A program made the translations under genes and the position numbers. DNA of 64,000 nt. Origin: Macrostomum lignano. Its lineage: Eukaryota. Of the stretch, positions 35,600 to 48,714 are shown one piece after another; the first letter of the stretch is position 1; every line of letters begins with the position of its first letter. The stretch lies in contig NIVC01003412.1 of NCBI GenBank assembly GCA_002269645.1, forward strand, positions 35,280 to 99,279, given 5' to 3'. Under the pieces are notes generated by a model. It made no database searches. It worked only from the letters and a program-made list of their open reading frames with translations, and had not been told where the DNA came from.

Positions 35600-37100
35600 G
35601 TCGCACCACAGGGCCACGCTTCGGGTCGTGATGCTGAACTGCCGCACTCTCGAGGAGAGGAGCTGGCGAAGCTAGCGTCAAGGCTGACTCGGGACTGACT
35701 TTGGCACTGGATGAATATTCTACTACACATCGGTGGACCAATGGTATTGTTCCATTGCTAGCTCGTACTTCAGGTTGACGTCTGGCTGGAACGAGTTTTC
35801 GAGTAGCTCTTGGTGCAGGGGGAGGCAAGCGTGACACAGGGTCGAACTCGGATACCTGAACGCGTTCTGTGCAGTTCCGAGCGATAACTGTTCGTGACGG
35901 CAGAAATGGGAGAACTATAAGCACTGGGGCGCTGGAATATTTCCTGGAGAGGTAGGACGCCGCCTTCATGGGCCGCAAATGGAGACGGTGAAGCCAACGC
36001 GGCGGCCGAAACGCAACATGGAGGCTCGGGCGCAGCTCGATCACAAGCTTGTGCGCTTTTTTGAGCGCTTACTGCCGAGCCATCACACGATCCGTCTGCA
36101 ACATCTGCAGTTAGAGCCCTCCTCCCCCACGGAATAGGAAGTCCCGCTGATGCGACCAGGACAACCCACGATCGAGCAAGCAAGGGAAGAGCTGGATAGG
36201 CTCCGTTTGAGCACGCAGGACTAGATGTCAGAGGGCGCATGGCCTGATCCTCCATCCTCTGACGGGGGCGAAAGTGGCAAATACCTTTGAACTAGACGCA
36301 GCGCGAAAATGAGCTGCGTGATTTTTTCGCCGCCATCGTGAATGCAGCGCCACCCCCCGCTACCAGAAAATCTGACGTTGTCGCCAGAGGTGTCATTCGC
36401 GGAGGAGAATTTCTAAGGCGACTTTTTAAAGCTCGCCCAACAGTCGTCAGGCGGGAAAGCACTGGGTCCGGACAAGGTGCTAGACAATTTCGAGGCATTG
36501 TGCATTACACTACGAGCAATGTTGCCAAAGAAGTTGCAGTAGTGAGGGCACACATCGCCGCTATTCTTAAGAAGTCTCAGTCCTGTGCTGCTAAGTTGTT
36601 CAATCGGATGCTGTTATCGCGATGCGCCCGTGATGGATCCGTACATGCGACCTAAGCAGAACGGTTTCCGATCGATCGATCTTAATTGATTTTTTCTTCG
36701 CTGATTTTAAGAAGGCATTCAACTCAGTCGCCAGGGCCGTGCTTTAAAAGGTGCTTTGTGTTTGAAATGTAGAAGAGCAACTAGTTTTCGCTATTTCAAC
36801 ATCAACATGGGACGCTGACGGCATCAAAATGGGACGCCTTTTCGACCTTCTTCGAGACATTCTCTATGGTGCTTCAGCGATATCCTCCACCATCGAGGGC
36901 TCCCAGCAACACCAGGACAGTCTGTTTGCTGTTGCGATGCAACGAATACGACGTATCGAACTGTTGGTCAACACATATAAGTCCATTGTGCTCTGAATTC
37001 AGAACGACACCAATGCTTTGTGTCGAGGCACTGACAGACAGGTGTCAGCAGTTCGTGCCCCGGATTCGGTCTACATTTGCGCCTAGGCTCTGAGGCGTAC
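35600..37100. mobile_element. GC-rich decayed coding-like segment, possibly starting with a LINE APE-endonuclease remnant
   Basis: Plus strand LRVVMLNCRTL...ELAKLASRL...TLALDE resembles the APE N-terminus (LRIATLNCRTL...LALQE). The remainder is codon-like with stops in all frames and is unidentified. Confidence 0.35.
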
Positions 37101-37148
37101 TTCTGTGACGCTGACGTGCTAGTGAACTGAATGACAGTGTGTTATATT

Positions 37149-37149
37149 T

Positions 37150-37190
<41 letters not shown>
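37149..37190. repeat. (GTT)n microsatellite
   Basis: About 13 GTT units. Confidence 0.95.
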
Positions 37191-38487
37191 ACATGTCACG
37201 CTATTTGAATTATGGCATGCTAATAAATATGGTATTGTATTCAAGACACAAAAGCGACTCGATCTACAATTAAGAATGGTTAAAGTAAGACTCTTAAGAT
37301 TATGTAACCGATTATGTGTTGAAATCGGTGAATATGAACGAATTTTATCTTCGAGAATTTTAATAGTCGGCAGTCAAATGATCGGCCTAAAATTAGAGCT
37401 GGTTAAAACGTAGAGCTCTGAAAAGGTTCCCAATGTTTGACCCCAACGCGATTTGGTCAACATGCTGCCGACGGGTTCAAAGATTGCTGGCACAACAAAC
37501 AGCCAATGATTTTCAAGCTGCAACTTTTGCGCGAGATCTGTCGATACCAACTTGCTTTCTAGATGCATGCTCAATTAGTCTACTTTGTGGATGATTCTGC
37601 GAATAGCAAAAGAAAATACGAATCTGACAACTGCGTGTACGAGCCGTATAACTGTATGTAGTTGCGTACTGGGAAGTTTTCGCACAAACTGCGTTGCTGA
37701 AGTGCGAAATTTGAGTGTTTCACACTATTTCCATGATCTGTTTATATACGAACCCGGGTGCAATCTCGTATCTCTGAACAAAAACCACTTGATCTATATG
37801 AATATTTCATCATAGCTATACATAACTTTTAAAGTAAAATTTAAGTAAAATAGCGAAAATGTAAAATAATTTTGATTGCCATTGAACTTCTGTCGAATTT
37901 TTTTAAGGTAATGTTCTACGAGTAGTGTTCTCGTAAGCATAGCAACGTCCTAAAGAAGTCCTGACGAATGAGTCTCACAAGCAGTATTCAGTGCCGCTCA
38001 AATGTACGTGTAATGCTATTCGATATAACTGTGGGATGCAGTATCGTTATTAATTTGAGACGATTTGCACTTAAGTTAATTCTATATTGTTAGTTGCATA
38101 CTTTACAAGCATGTTAGCTTGTTAAGTTAGATTTTGTTTCCAAGAAATGATACTCATACTAAAAATGCAATTTTTTGTCTTTTATGTAAACATTGTAATA
38201 CAACTTGGACTTCAATTAGACTGTGAACGAGCTACAACATCGTAGAGTCTTTAAAGATTAAAGATAATTGTCTTTAAAGATAATTTAAAGATTTTTTACA
38301 TTGCACCTACAGGTAATTAAGTACGAACAAGAATGTAACACCATAGCACACACAAGCTAGACAATTACTTTTTAATTATGCAACAAAATTTGAACTCTCC
38401 TGCGTTAGTAGAAACTATTTACATTTTTTGAAGAAATACTAGTTTATTGATTCTATTGTTTGTTTTTGTTAACGCAACAATTTTAAT

Positions 38488-40023
38488 TTACACAATTCGC
38501 ACACCCGACTTTGATGGCTTAACAACAGCATAGCCTCCAAGAATGTTACCACCCGCAGTTCGCATGAACCAAAGTTTCTGTACAGAGTTTGGCAGATAGT
38601 CAAAAAAGTAGGTCAAAATAACCCACTTGACAAACAGTAAAATTAATAACACGAAAATCGGCAGCAGAGTGATGATGGAGCCATAGAGAGCTGCATTTTC
38701 CCAGCGAGAACTTTTACTCTGCAGTTTCTTTCCAACCGAATTCAAGACGCCGGTTTCTTCTAGAAGACGAATTCTCTGCAACAAATCAGATTGATTGCAG
38801 CTGCTACGCTCCGATGCTTGAGCAGTGATGAAGTCAGGCTCTACGACCAGCGAAGGCCTTGGGACGCTGCAGTTGCCGAAACCCAGAGCCGGTTTGCCAT
38901 CGTCTGCCGCTTTTAGTAGAAAAGCGCACGGACCGGCTGCGTTGCTTACAGTATGCCTGCTAAATCAAAGCTCAAAAAATTGTTATTACTCGACGAATTA
39001 TACCGGCCCGAGACCAAAGCGGTGTCCTAAGACTCAAATTGGCGATATGAGACTTAAAGCGGCACCCTGAGACCCAAAGTAGCGCCCTGAGACCCAAAGT
39101 AGCGCCCTGAGACCCAAAGTAGCGCCCTGTGACCCAAAGTAGCGCCCTGAGATCCAAAGTAGCGCCCTGAGACCCAAAGTGGCGCCCTCTGAGACCCAAA
39201 GTGACGCTCTGAGACCAAAGTGGTGACCTCTGAGACCCAAAGTGGCGCCCTAAGATCCAAAGTGGCGCCTTGAGACCCAAAGTAGCGAGCGCCCTGAGAC
39301 CCAAAATGACATCCTGAGACCCAAAGTGACACCTTGAGACCTAAAGTGGCGCCCTGAGACCCAAAGTAGCGCTTTGAGATTTAAAATAGCGCCCTGAGAC
39401 CCAAAGTGGCGCCCTGTGATTAAAGTGACGCCCCTGACGACTCAATAGTGGTGACTTCGACTGTAAAGAGTCCTTGAAACACAAAAATGTCGCACCTTAA
39501 GGGTTTAGATATACTTAAAAGTAATAAAATATAAAATGGCATAAATTGTACATTCAAGAGTATCTTTTTAACTCACGTCAGCTCCGACAAATTTCCAATG
39601 GGAACCAGTCCGCAGGCGCCGCTCTGATTTCTGCTCAGGGCAAGCAGGATGTCATCAGCTGGTTCGTAGAGCAGGCCAACTCTGATTGATGGGCTGTGCT
39701 CGAACAACTGGTGCAGCATTTCGCCTGAAACTTTGAAGGCAAATGAGTTCGTAAAGCTTTCACTCCAATATTCTCCGTTGAGTCAGTGTTCCAAAAATAT
39801 GTTTTATATGTGCATAAATGAAACCCAAAACTCACTGACAGCAAGAAAGTCATCAAGTTCATCTGTACTGGAGAAGCTGGCCAGCTCAGCATCATCTCCG
39901 ATGACGGAGCTGATGAAGTCTGTCAAGCTCATGCTTGCATCGCTTCTATAGTAGCAGTTGCCATGGAAACTGAGCCTGCCCCGACTGCAAGCTGTCCGAT
40001 TAGCAGCCTCAGCTGTTTCGCAC
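38488..40023 (-). CDS. Receptor paralogue F (divergent; exons 3-5 intact, exons 1-2 not found)
   Basis: Exons 39836-40023 (188 nt; ACSRGRLSFHGNCYY...DAELASFSSTDEL), 39577-39724 (148 nt; SIRVGLLY...GACGLVP), 38488-38959 (AAGPC...FGNC...TM LYGSIITLLPIFVLLILLFVKWVIL). Same phases 2,1,2; no stops. Confidence 0.72.
39062..39425. repeat. 20-bp minisatellite inside a paralogue F intron
   Basis: gagacccaaagtagcgccct, about 17 copies. Confidence 0.92.
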
Positions 40024-40829
40024 CTGCAGATCATGATAATAAAATGATAAAAGGTAATGCAGTTTAATATTTAACAAAATGAGTTTTTTAATAATTTCTT
40101 TGCTTACTTTGTGAAGACAATTAACGAAATGCAGAGAAAAAACGAACAACCGAATGTACATATTTTGCGCATGTTTCGTTTTAGACTAAATATTGTTAAT
40201 TAAGGCTAATTTGGTTATATTCGTAACGTTGATCACAAACGGCTTTTAGTTCAAGTCTTAGAAGTCTACGAGCTCGTATAAGTATCTCGTTCAGTGGCAT
40301 TTCCATTATATTTAAGCTACTGTGTGAGAAAACCCTATCCAGTGGAGTCTCAAATAGACTTACTTGATGAACAATAGAATGTACACTAGCTAAAGTTTTG
40401 CCCCCCTTCGGGGAGCAGAAATAATTAATATTCGTCTAATATAATATACCTTTTAGCAGGAGTACTTTAAGTGTCTTTCTTAAGCTTAAGCTTAAAATAG
40501 GAATTTTTGGAGATCGTTAATAACGCATTTTAGGTAAAACAAAACTATCAACTTTTTACAGTTTTTTAGTTTAGAGCCCTGTATATGTCAACGTGTTTGA
40601 TAAAAATTATTTTTATCATTTTTGATAAAAAATGGCCTTCGGGTGGCCAATAAGCAAGGGACGAATCCTTTTAAATGAAAAAAAATTCTTAGGGAGGGGG
40701 GCTAGGAATCGAATTCTCATTTTAATTCCAGGCTTATGTACCAATAAAACATGTTTGTGCAGAATTTTATAACAGACATTGAAATTCAACCATACTTGCC
40801 TTCTTTCAGAGCTACTTCTACCAGTATGC

Positions 40830-41560
40830 TTCAGTACGCTACCAGTACCCTTGTAAGCCTTGACATGTCAGCAATCCCCCCCACAAGCCTTAACATATCA
40901 ACTCCCCCTTGACATCTCAGCAATGCTCCCACAAGCCTTGAAATCTTAAAAAATCTGTCTATTTTCTAACCCTAACCCTAACCCTAACCCTAACCCTAAA
41001 GCATTGAAATTTCAGTAATTCTCTCTAAGAGTCTATAGCACTACTACAGCATTATAGCGATTCCCTGCAAGCCTCGACATCGTAGGGATTCCCAAATGAA
41101 TCTCTTAACTTTGACATGAAGCTTCTTTTTTTTTTACATTACGCTTTTTCTATCAGCGATCCCTCCCGTGAGGAGCCAACAAATAATGTAATAACTTTTT
41201 TCCAATAAACTACATGTAGCTTCTGACATTAGCCTTGACATCTCATTTATTCCCCGTGAGCCTTGACATCTCAGCTATAGATAGATAGATAGATTCCCCT
41301 CGTAAGCCTTGACATGTCAGCGATGCCCCCATAAACCTTGAAATCTAAAAAATCCCCTGTTAACCTTGAAACGCGCTAAAATCTAACCCTCAACCCAAAC
41401 CTGACGTAAACCTAACTTTCACCCAACCTAAAGCCTTGAAATCACAGCAATTCTTCTTCCCTAAGCCTTGGCATTTAAGTGATTCCTTCTTTAAGAATCA
41501 CAGCACTATAACGATTCCCTCCAAGCTTTGACATCGTAGCAATTCCCAAATGAATCTTTT
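40830..41560. repeat. Locally duplicated aagccttgacat-rich repeat, related to the 30-bp array at 48715-48975
   Basis: Two similar blocks (~40850-41130 and ~41290-41570) built of aagccttgacat(c/g)tcagcaat-like units. Confidence 0.7.
40966..40999 (-). repeat. Interstitial telomere-like (TTAGGG)5 tract
   Basis: ctaaccctaaccctaaccctaaccctaaccctaa; degenerate equivalent at ~41385-41430. Confidence 0.85.
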
Positions 41561-41959
41561 AACTTTGACATGACTTTTATTTTATGTATACATAGTGCTC
41601 CTTTTATTTTTACATGACTCTTCTTCTATCAGCGCCCCCCCCCACCGTGGCAAGCCAACAAAGAATGCAATAAAAAACTTAAGTAAAGTACATGTACTTT
41701 GAAGTAGCTTCTGACTTTTGCTTTAACATCTCAGAAACCCCCCTGTAATCTCAGTTATTCTCTGTGAGCCTTGACGTCTCAGTAATTCTCCCCAGCACAG
41801 CACTGTACTATAGCTTCATTTAATTTTTATATGACATTTCTTTCATGTCTGACATGACGCTTCTTTTGATTTTTACGTTACGCTTCTTTTATTCTTCCAT
41901 GATGCTTCTTAATTTTTTAAATGACACACTTTCATTAGTTTTTATATGAGGCTTCTATA

Positions 41960-42657
41960 ATTTTTTCATGACGCTTCTATGCTTGTTTACATGACGCTTG
42001 TATGATTTTTACATGACGCTTCTATGATTGTTTACATGACGCTTGTATGATTGTTTACATGACGCTTCTATGATTTTTTACATGACGCTTTTATGATTTT
42101 TACATGACGCTTCTATGATTTTTACATGACGCTTCTATGATTTTTACATGACGCTTCTATGATTTTTACATGACGCTTCTATGATTGTTTACATGACGCT
42201 TCTATGATTGTTTACATGACGCTTCTATGATTTTAACATGACGCTTCTATGATTTTTTTACATGACGCTTCTATGATTGTTTACATGACGCTTGTATGAT
42301 TGTTTACATGACGCTTGTATGATTTTAACATGACGCTTCTATGATTGTTTACATTACGCTTCTATGATTGCTTGCATGACGCTTCTATGATTTTTTATGA
42401 CGCTTTTATGATTTTAACATGACGCTTCTATGATTTTTTACATGACGCTTCTATGATTGTTTACATGACGCTTGTATGATTGTTTACATGACGCTTTTAT
42501 GATTTTAACATGACGCTTCTATGATTGTTTACATTACGCTTCTATGATTTTTACATGACGCTTCTATGATTTTTACATGACGCTTCTATGATTGTTTACA
42601 TGACGCTTCTATGATTGTTTACATGACGCTTGTATGATTGTTTACATGACGCTTCCA
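41960..42657. repeat. 22-23-bp satellite
   Basis: acatgacgcttctatgatt(g)ttt, about 30 copies. Confidence 0.95.
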
Positions 42658-42714
42658 TAATTTTTTTGTCTTGGCGTTAAAAGGCTTTAATTAAAAAAAC
42701 TCTACTCTCTAAAA

Positions 42715-42772
42715 ATTCGAACCATCGTCCCTGCATTTAGCAGTTTAGTCTGTTTACCTCTAGGCTAGCTCT
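42715..42772 (-). other. tRNA-like SINE-type head (copy 1 of 3)
   Basis: Minus strand gagagctagcctagag...actgctaaatgcag...ggttcgaat; homologous to 44435-44495 and 47737-47793. Confidence 0.55.
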
Positions 42773-43059
42773 CATGAATTTTAGTCATTACCCCTAAATA
42801 GAAAATATTCCCAAGACAGCAAGCATCCCCCAGTAGCAAGCATCCCCTAATACTCCTAGCAAGCATCCACCCAGATAGCAAGCATCTGCAGATAGCAAGC
42901 ATCTTGCAGATAGCAAGCATCTTGCAGATAGCAAGCATACCCCAAATAATGTAGAAGCATCCTTCCAGATAGCAAGCATCCTGCACATAGCAAGAATCCC
43001 TAAATAGCAAGCATCCCTGGATAGAAATAATCCTATACATGTAGCCAAGCTTATCAAGC

Positions 43060-44362
43060 GCAGTAATCCTTGGCTATCGAGTGCAGTAATCCTTGGTTTA
43101 TTAATAGCAATAATCCATGGCTTATCGAGTGCAGTAATCCTTGGTTTATTAATAGCAATAATCCTTGGCTTATCGAGTGCAGTAATTCATGGTTTATTAA
43201 TAGCAATAATCCTTGGCTTATCGAGTGCAGTAATCCTTGGTTTATTAATAGCAATAATCCATGCCTTATCGAGTGCAGTAATCCTTGGTTTATTAATAGC
43301 AATAATCCTTGGCTTATCGAGTGCAGTAATCCTTGGTTTATTAATAGCAATAATCCATGGCTTATCGAGTGCAGTAATCCTTGGTTTGCCAAGAGCAATA
43401 GTCCTTGGCTTATCGAGTGCAGTAATCCTTGGTTTGCCAAGAGCAATAGTCCTTGGTTTATTGAGTGCAGTAATCCTTGGTTTATTAATAGCAATAGTCC
43501 TTGGTTTATTGAGTGCAGTAATCCTTGGTTTATTAATAGCAATAATCCTTGGCTTATCGAGTGCAGTAATCCTTGGTTTGCCAAGTGCATAATCCTTGGT
43601 TTATTAATAGCAATAATCCTTGGCTTATCGAGTGCAGTAATCCTTGGTTTATTAATAGCAATAATCCTTGGTTTATCGAGTGCATTAATCCTTGGTTTAT
43701 TAATAGCAATAATCCTTGGCTTATCGAGTGCAGTAATCCTTGGTTTGCCAAGAGCAATAGTCCTTGGTTTTTTGAGTGCAGTAATCCTTGGTTTATTAAT
43801 AGCAATAGTCCTTGGTTTATTGAGTGCAGTAATGCTTGGTTTATTAATAGCAATAATCCTTGGCTTATCGATTGCAGTAATCCTTGGTTTATTAATAGCA
43901 ATAATCCTTGGCTTATCGAGTGCAGTAATCCTTGGTTTATTAATAGCAATAATCCATGGCTTATCGAGTGCAGTAATCCTTGGTTTGCCAAGAGCAATAG
44001 TCCTTGGCTTATCGAGTGCAGTAATCCTTGGTTTGCCAAGAGCAATAGTCCTTGGTTTATTGAGTGCAGTAATCCTTGGTTTATTAATAGCAATAGTCCT
44101 TGGCTTATCGAGTGCAGTAATCCTTGGTTTATTAATAGCAATAATCCTTGGTTTATCGAGTGCAGTAATTCATGGTTTATTAATAGCAATAATCCTTGGC
44201 TTATCGAGTGCAGTAATCCTTGGTTTATTAATAGCAATAATCCATGGCTTATCGAGTGCAGTAATCCTTGGTTTGCCAAGAGCAATAATCTTTGGCTTAT
44301 CGAGTGCAGTATTCCTTGGTTTGCCAAGAGCAATAATCCTTAGCTTATCGAGTGCAGTAATC
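43060..44362. repeat. 48-bp satellite (2 x 24-bp subunits)
   Basis: cttatcgagtgcagtaatccttggtttattaatagcaataatccttgg, about 27 copies; variant second subunit tttgccaagagcaatagtcc. Confidence 0.95.
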
Positions 44363-44399
44363 TAAGTGTTTTTATTTAGTCCTTTAATAAAAGCTTTTA

Positions 44400-45035
44400 A
44401 TAAAAAATTTTACACTACTACTTTTAAACTACTTAGATTCGAACCCAGGTCGCTGCATTAGCAGTCTGGTCTGCTCAGCTCTAGGCTAGCTCTCATCGAA
44501 GTTATCAGTGAATTTGTACCACTTATATAATTAATTCAACACTCACACCAAGTCAGGTAGAGTAAAAAGTCACGCGAAGCAGTTATGACATAATCAATTT
44601 CTTAGGCAAGTCAGTACCAGTGTCTATGAAAGTTAACAATATGGTTACGTAATATAAATTCAGTACTGCACTATACTTTCACCCTCAAAGCTGTGACGCA
44701 ATTCAATTGAGTGTCAAATTCAGCCAGTACACAGACGATAAATAAAGTGTATTGTGATGCAATCTATTTCAGAATCAGAATTCAACCAGTCAGATTTTTC
44801 TCTAGCATTCTTACAATGCATTTCAGGTCGAAAGAGCTGCTTGACCTTTGCAAAAAATCATGTTTTTCGAATATTTAATCCCTTTAACATTGAGCAATTT
44901 CTTAGCCAATATGCATGTACCGTCCCGGGAAAATTTCTGATCGAATGGTGCAAGTTTGAAGAAAATCGGTTGAGCCGTTCGGGAGAAAATCAATTACAAG
45001 CAAGCAACCAAGCATTTCATTTTTAGTATATTAGA
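44400..45035. mobile_element. Shared right-hand module of a satellite-carrying non-autonomous element (HINE/Helentron-like), copy 1
   Basis: tRNA-like head (minus: tagcctagag...gactgctaatgcagcgacctgggttcgaatc) plus about 500 bp similar to 47710-48270, ending gtgcaagtttgaagaaaatcggttgagcc...catttcatttttagtatat, a DINE-1/HINE-like end. Confidence 0.6.
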
Positions 45036-45519
45036 CTAGCAATCTTCGCCCCCCGATGGGGGACATCTGGATAGAACTTCTGTTCTCTACAAGTAACAAA
45101 AAGACAGCCAAATAGAGTCTTCACAAAGACAACAGAAAAACTGCTCAAATGAAGCACAATGCAAAAATAAAACATCCCAAGACAGCAAGCATCCCCCCCC
45201 CCCCCCCAGATAGCAAGTACCCTCAGATAGCAAGCACCCCCAGATAGCAAGCACCCCCAGATAGCAAGCATCCCTCATATAGCAAGCACCCCAGATAGAA
45301 AGAACCCCCAGATAGCAAGCATCCAATTGATAGCAAGTATCTATCCTTAAATAGCAAGCATCCACCAGACAAAAAGTATATAGTGCAACATTTCCTTAGC
45401 TTTCTAGTGGCTGCTTTATGATTGGCATGACGCTTCTTATTACGTTTGAAAATGTCTCTCCTGTGTTATGACATCGTGCCAGTTTTATGTTTGTCATGGT
45501 GGCTCAGTAATGTTAGAAG

Positions 45520-47680
45520 CGGTGGCTCTTTAATGTTTGACATGGAGTCACATATATGTTTCACATGGTGGCTCTTCTATGTCTAACTTGGTAGCTCATT
45601 TATGTTTGACATCGTGGCTCGTTAATGTTCGACATGGTGGCTCTTTAACGTTCGACATGGCAGTACTTTAATGTTCGACATGGTGGCTCTTTAATGTTCG
45701 ACATGGTGGCTCTTTAATGTTCGACAGGGTGGCTCTTTAATGTTTGACATGGTGGCTCTTTAATGTTCAACATGGTGGCTCTCTAATGTTTGACATGGTG
45801 GCTCTTTAATGCTCGACATTGTGGCTGTTTAATGTTCTACATTGTGGCTCTTTAATTTTCTACATTTTTGCTCCTTAATGTTTGACATGGTGGCTCTTTA
45901 ATGTTCTACATGGTGGTTCTTTAATGTTCTACATTGTGGCTCTTTAATATTTGACATGGTGGCTCTTTAATGTTCAACATGGTGGCTCTTTATTGTTTGA
46001 CATGATGGCTCTTTAATGTTCGACATGGTGGCTCTTTAATGTTAGACATGGTGGCTCTTTAATGTTCGACATGGTGGCTCTTTATTGTTCTAAATTGTGG
46101 CTCTTTAATGTTCGACATGGTGGCTCTTTAACGTTCGACAGGGTGGCTCTTTAATGTTTGACATGGAGTCACGTATGTGTTAGACATGGAGTCATGTATA
46201 TATTTGGCATGGAGTCACATATATGCTTTACATGGTGGCTCTTTAATGTTTGACATAGTGGCTCTTTAATGTTTGACATAGTGGCTCTTTAATGTTTGAC
46301 ATGATGGCTCTTTAATGTTCGACATGGTGGCTGTTTAATGTTTGTTATTGAGTCATATGTATATGTTTTACATGGTGGCTCTTTTATGTGTGACATGGAG
46401 TCACGTATATATTTGACATGGAGTCACATATATGTTTGACATGGTGGCTCTTTAATGTTTGACATGGTGGCTCTTTAATGTTTGACATGGTGGCTCTTTA
46501 ATGTTTGACATTGTGGCTCTTTAATGTTCTAAATATTGTGACTCTTTAATGTTCGACATGGTGGCTCTTTAATGTTCTACATTGTGGCTCTTTAATGTTC
46601 GACATGGTGGCTCTTTAATGTTTGACATGGTGGCTCTTTAATGTTCTACATTGTGGCTCTTTAATGTTCTACATTGTGGCTCTTTAATGTTCGACATGGT
46701 GGCTCTTTAACGTTCGACATGGTGGCTCTTTAATGTTTGACATGGAGTCACGTATGTGTTAGACATGGAGTCATGTATATATTTGGCATGGAGTCACATA
46801 TATGCTTTACATGGTGGCTCTTTAATGTTTGACATGTTGGCTCTTTAATGTGTGACATGGTGGCTCTTTAATGTTTGACATGGAGTCATGTATGTGTTTG
46901 GCATGGAGTCATGTATATATTTGGCCTGGAGTCACGTAAATGCTTTACATGGTGGCTCTTTATGTTCGACAAAGAGTCATAAGTATATGTTTTACATCGT
47001 GGCTCTTTTTATGTTTGACATGGAGTCACGTATATGTTTGACATGGTGGCTCTTTATTGTTTGACATGGTGGCTTTTTAGTGTTTGACATGGTGGCTCTT
47101 TTATGTTTGACATGGTGGCTCTTTAATGTTCGACATGGTGGCTGTTTAATGTTTGTTATGGAGTCATATGTATATGTTTTACATGGTGGCTCTTTTATGT
47201 GTGACATGGAGTCACGTATATATTTGACATGGAGTCACTTATATGTTTGACATGGTGGCTCTTTAGTGTTCGATATGGTGGCTCTTTAATGTTTGACATG
47301 GTGGCTCTTTAATGTTTGACATAGTGGCTTTTAATTTTTTTCTTGGTGGCTCTTTAATGTTTGACATGGAGTCACGTATGTGTTTGACATGGAGTCACGT
47401 ATATGCTTTACATGGTGGCTCTTTATGTTCGACAAAGAGTCATAAGTATATGTTTTACATCGTGGCTCTTTTTTGTTTGACATGGAGTCACGTATATGTT
47501 TGACATGGAGTCACATATATGCTTTACATGGTGGCTCTTTAATGTTTGACATGTTGGCTCTTTAATGTTCAACATGGTGGCTCTTTTATGCTTGACATGG
47601 TGGCTCTTTAATTTTCGACATGGTGGCTCTTTAATGTTCAACATGGTGGCTCTTCTATGTTTGACATTGTGGTTCTTTTA
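45520..47680. repeat. 23-bp satellite with interspersed gacatggagtcac variants
   Basis: atgtt(t/c)gacatggtggctcttta, about 90 copies; variant blocks recur near 46150, 46390, 46740, 46880, 47020, 47200 and 47360. Confidence 0.95.
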
Positions 47681-47709
47681 TGTTTAGCAGTTTTGTGTTT
47701 TTAATGTTT

Positions 47710-48270
47710 TAATAAAAAAATATTTTTGCACTACTAAGATTCGAACCCAGGTCACTACATTAGCATCCCAGTCTGTTCGCATCTGGGCTATCTCTTTTCA
47801 TTTGGAGAACATGAATTGTGGCCCTTATAATTCAATTCTTACAGCAAGTCAATTGGAGTAGAAAGTTATGACATAATCAATTTCTCAGTCAGCCAGTATC
47901 AGTCTCAATTTAAGTTAGCAATATAGTTACGCAATTTTAATCAAGTCGGGTGTGCATTTCATCGACACTGTTTTCAAATTGTTGTGATGCAATCTTTATC
48001 ACAATCGGAATTGAGCCAGTCAGTTTTTTCTCTAGCATTCTTACAATGCATTCCAGGTCGAAAGAGCTGCTTGACCTTTGCAAAAAAGCATGTTTTTCGA
48101 ATATTTAATCCCTTTAAAATTGAGCAATTTCTTAGCCAGGATGCATGTACCGTCCCAGGAAAATTTCTGATCGAATGGTGCAAGTTTGAAGAAAATCGGT
48201 TGAGCCATTTTTTCTGAAATCTATCGCATAGCTAGTTAGTTACAGACATTTCATTTTTAGTATATAGGAT
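47710..48270. mobile_element. Shared right-hand module, copy 2
   Basis: Homologous to 44400-45035; track ORFs 44754-45026 and 47984-48217 are near-identical translations of this module. Confidence 0.6.
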
Positions 48271-48714
48271 TTTTGCTCTTACGATTGTACCATATCATAG
48301 CACTCAGTTTCTATAAAACGCCATGACCAGAACATTCCTAGTAATGAATTTGCTCACAAATAAATGTGACGATGGCAGTTCCTTATTATATGTAGCTAGC
48401 ATTTAATTTGATTTAAATCGTATATACTTCATTTCAGCTATTCTTTTGACTGAATTACTATTGTAGCAAATAGTAATAGTACAAGTAATAGGAATCAATA
48501 CAAATTCGGTTGGGCCATATAACAAGCATCTAGGCATACGCTCGAGTAGCTGTTTTCTAATGAGGTTGCACTTTTTTACACCTTAGAATCGCTATCTATA
48601 AGTCACAATATATTAGTTTGATCTGGTTACTAGCAATTAGCGCCGCGCGTTGGGGAGCTAAAAGGAATGCAATAAAAGATTTTTTAAAAATAAACTAAAT
48701 GTAGCTTCTGACCT

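Noticed and set aside
40966-40999. True telomere or chromosome end
   Set aside because: Only 5 units, with ordinary sequence on both sides.
43054-44365. 250-430-aa ORFs (LIECSNPW.., VILGLLIAI.., NQGLLHSI..)
   Set aside because: Open in several frames on both strands because the 48-bp unit lacks stops; hydrophobic periodicity is an artefact.
44435-44495. Functional tRNA genes (also 8393-8460, 9615-9688, 42715-42772, 47737-47793)
   Set aside because: A/B boxes are present but acceptor and anticodon stems do not close; they are SINE-type heads.
48440-48660. Eighth receptor relic (RGANC; FLLLVLLLFATIVI) on the minus strand
   Set aside because: Fragments are short, separated by stops and not in family exon order; compatible with chance in AT-rich DNA.
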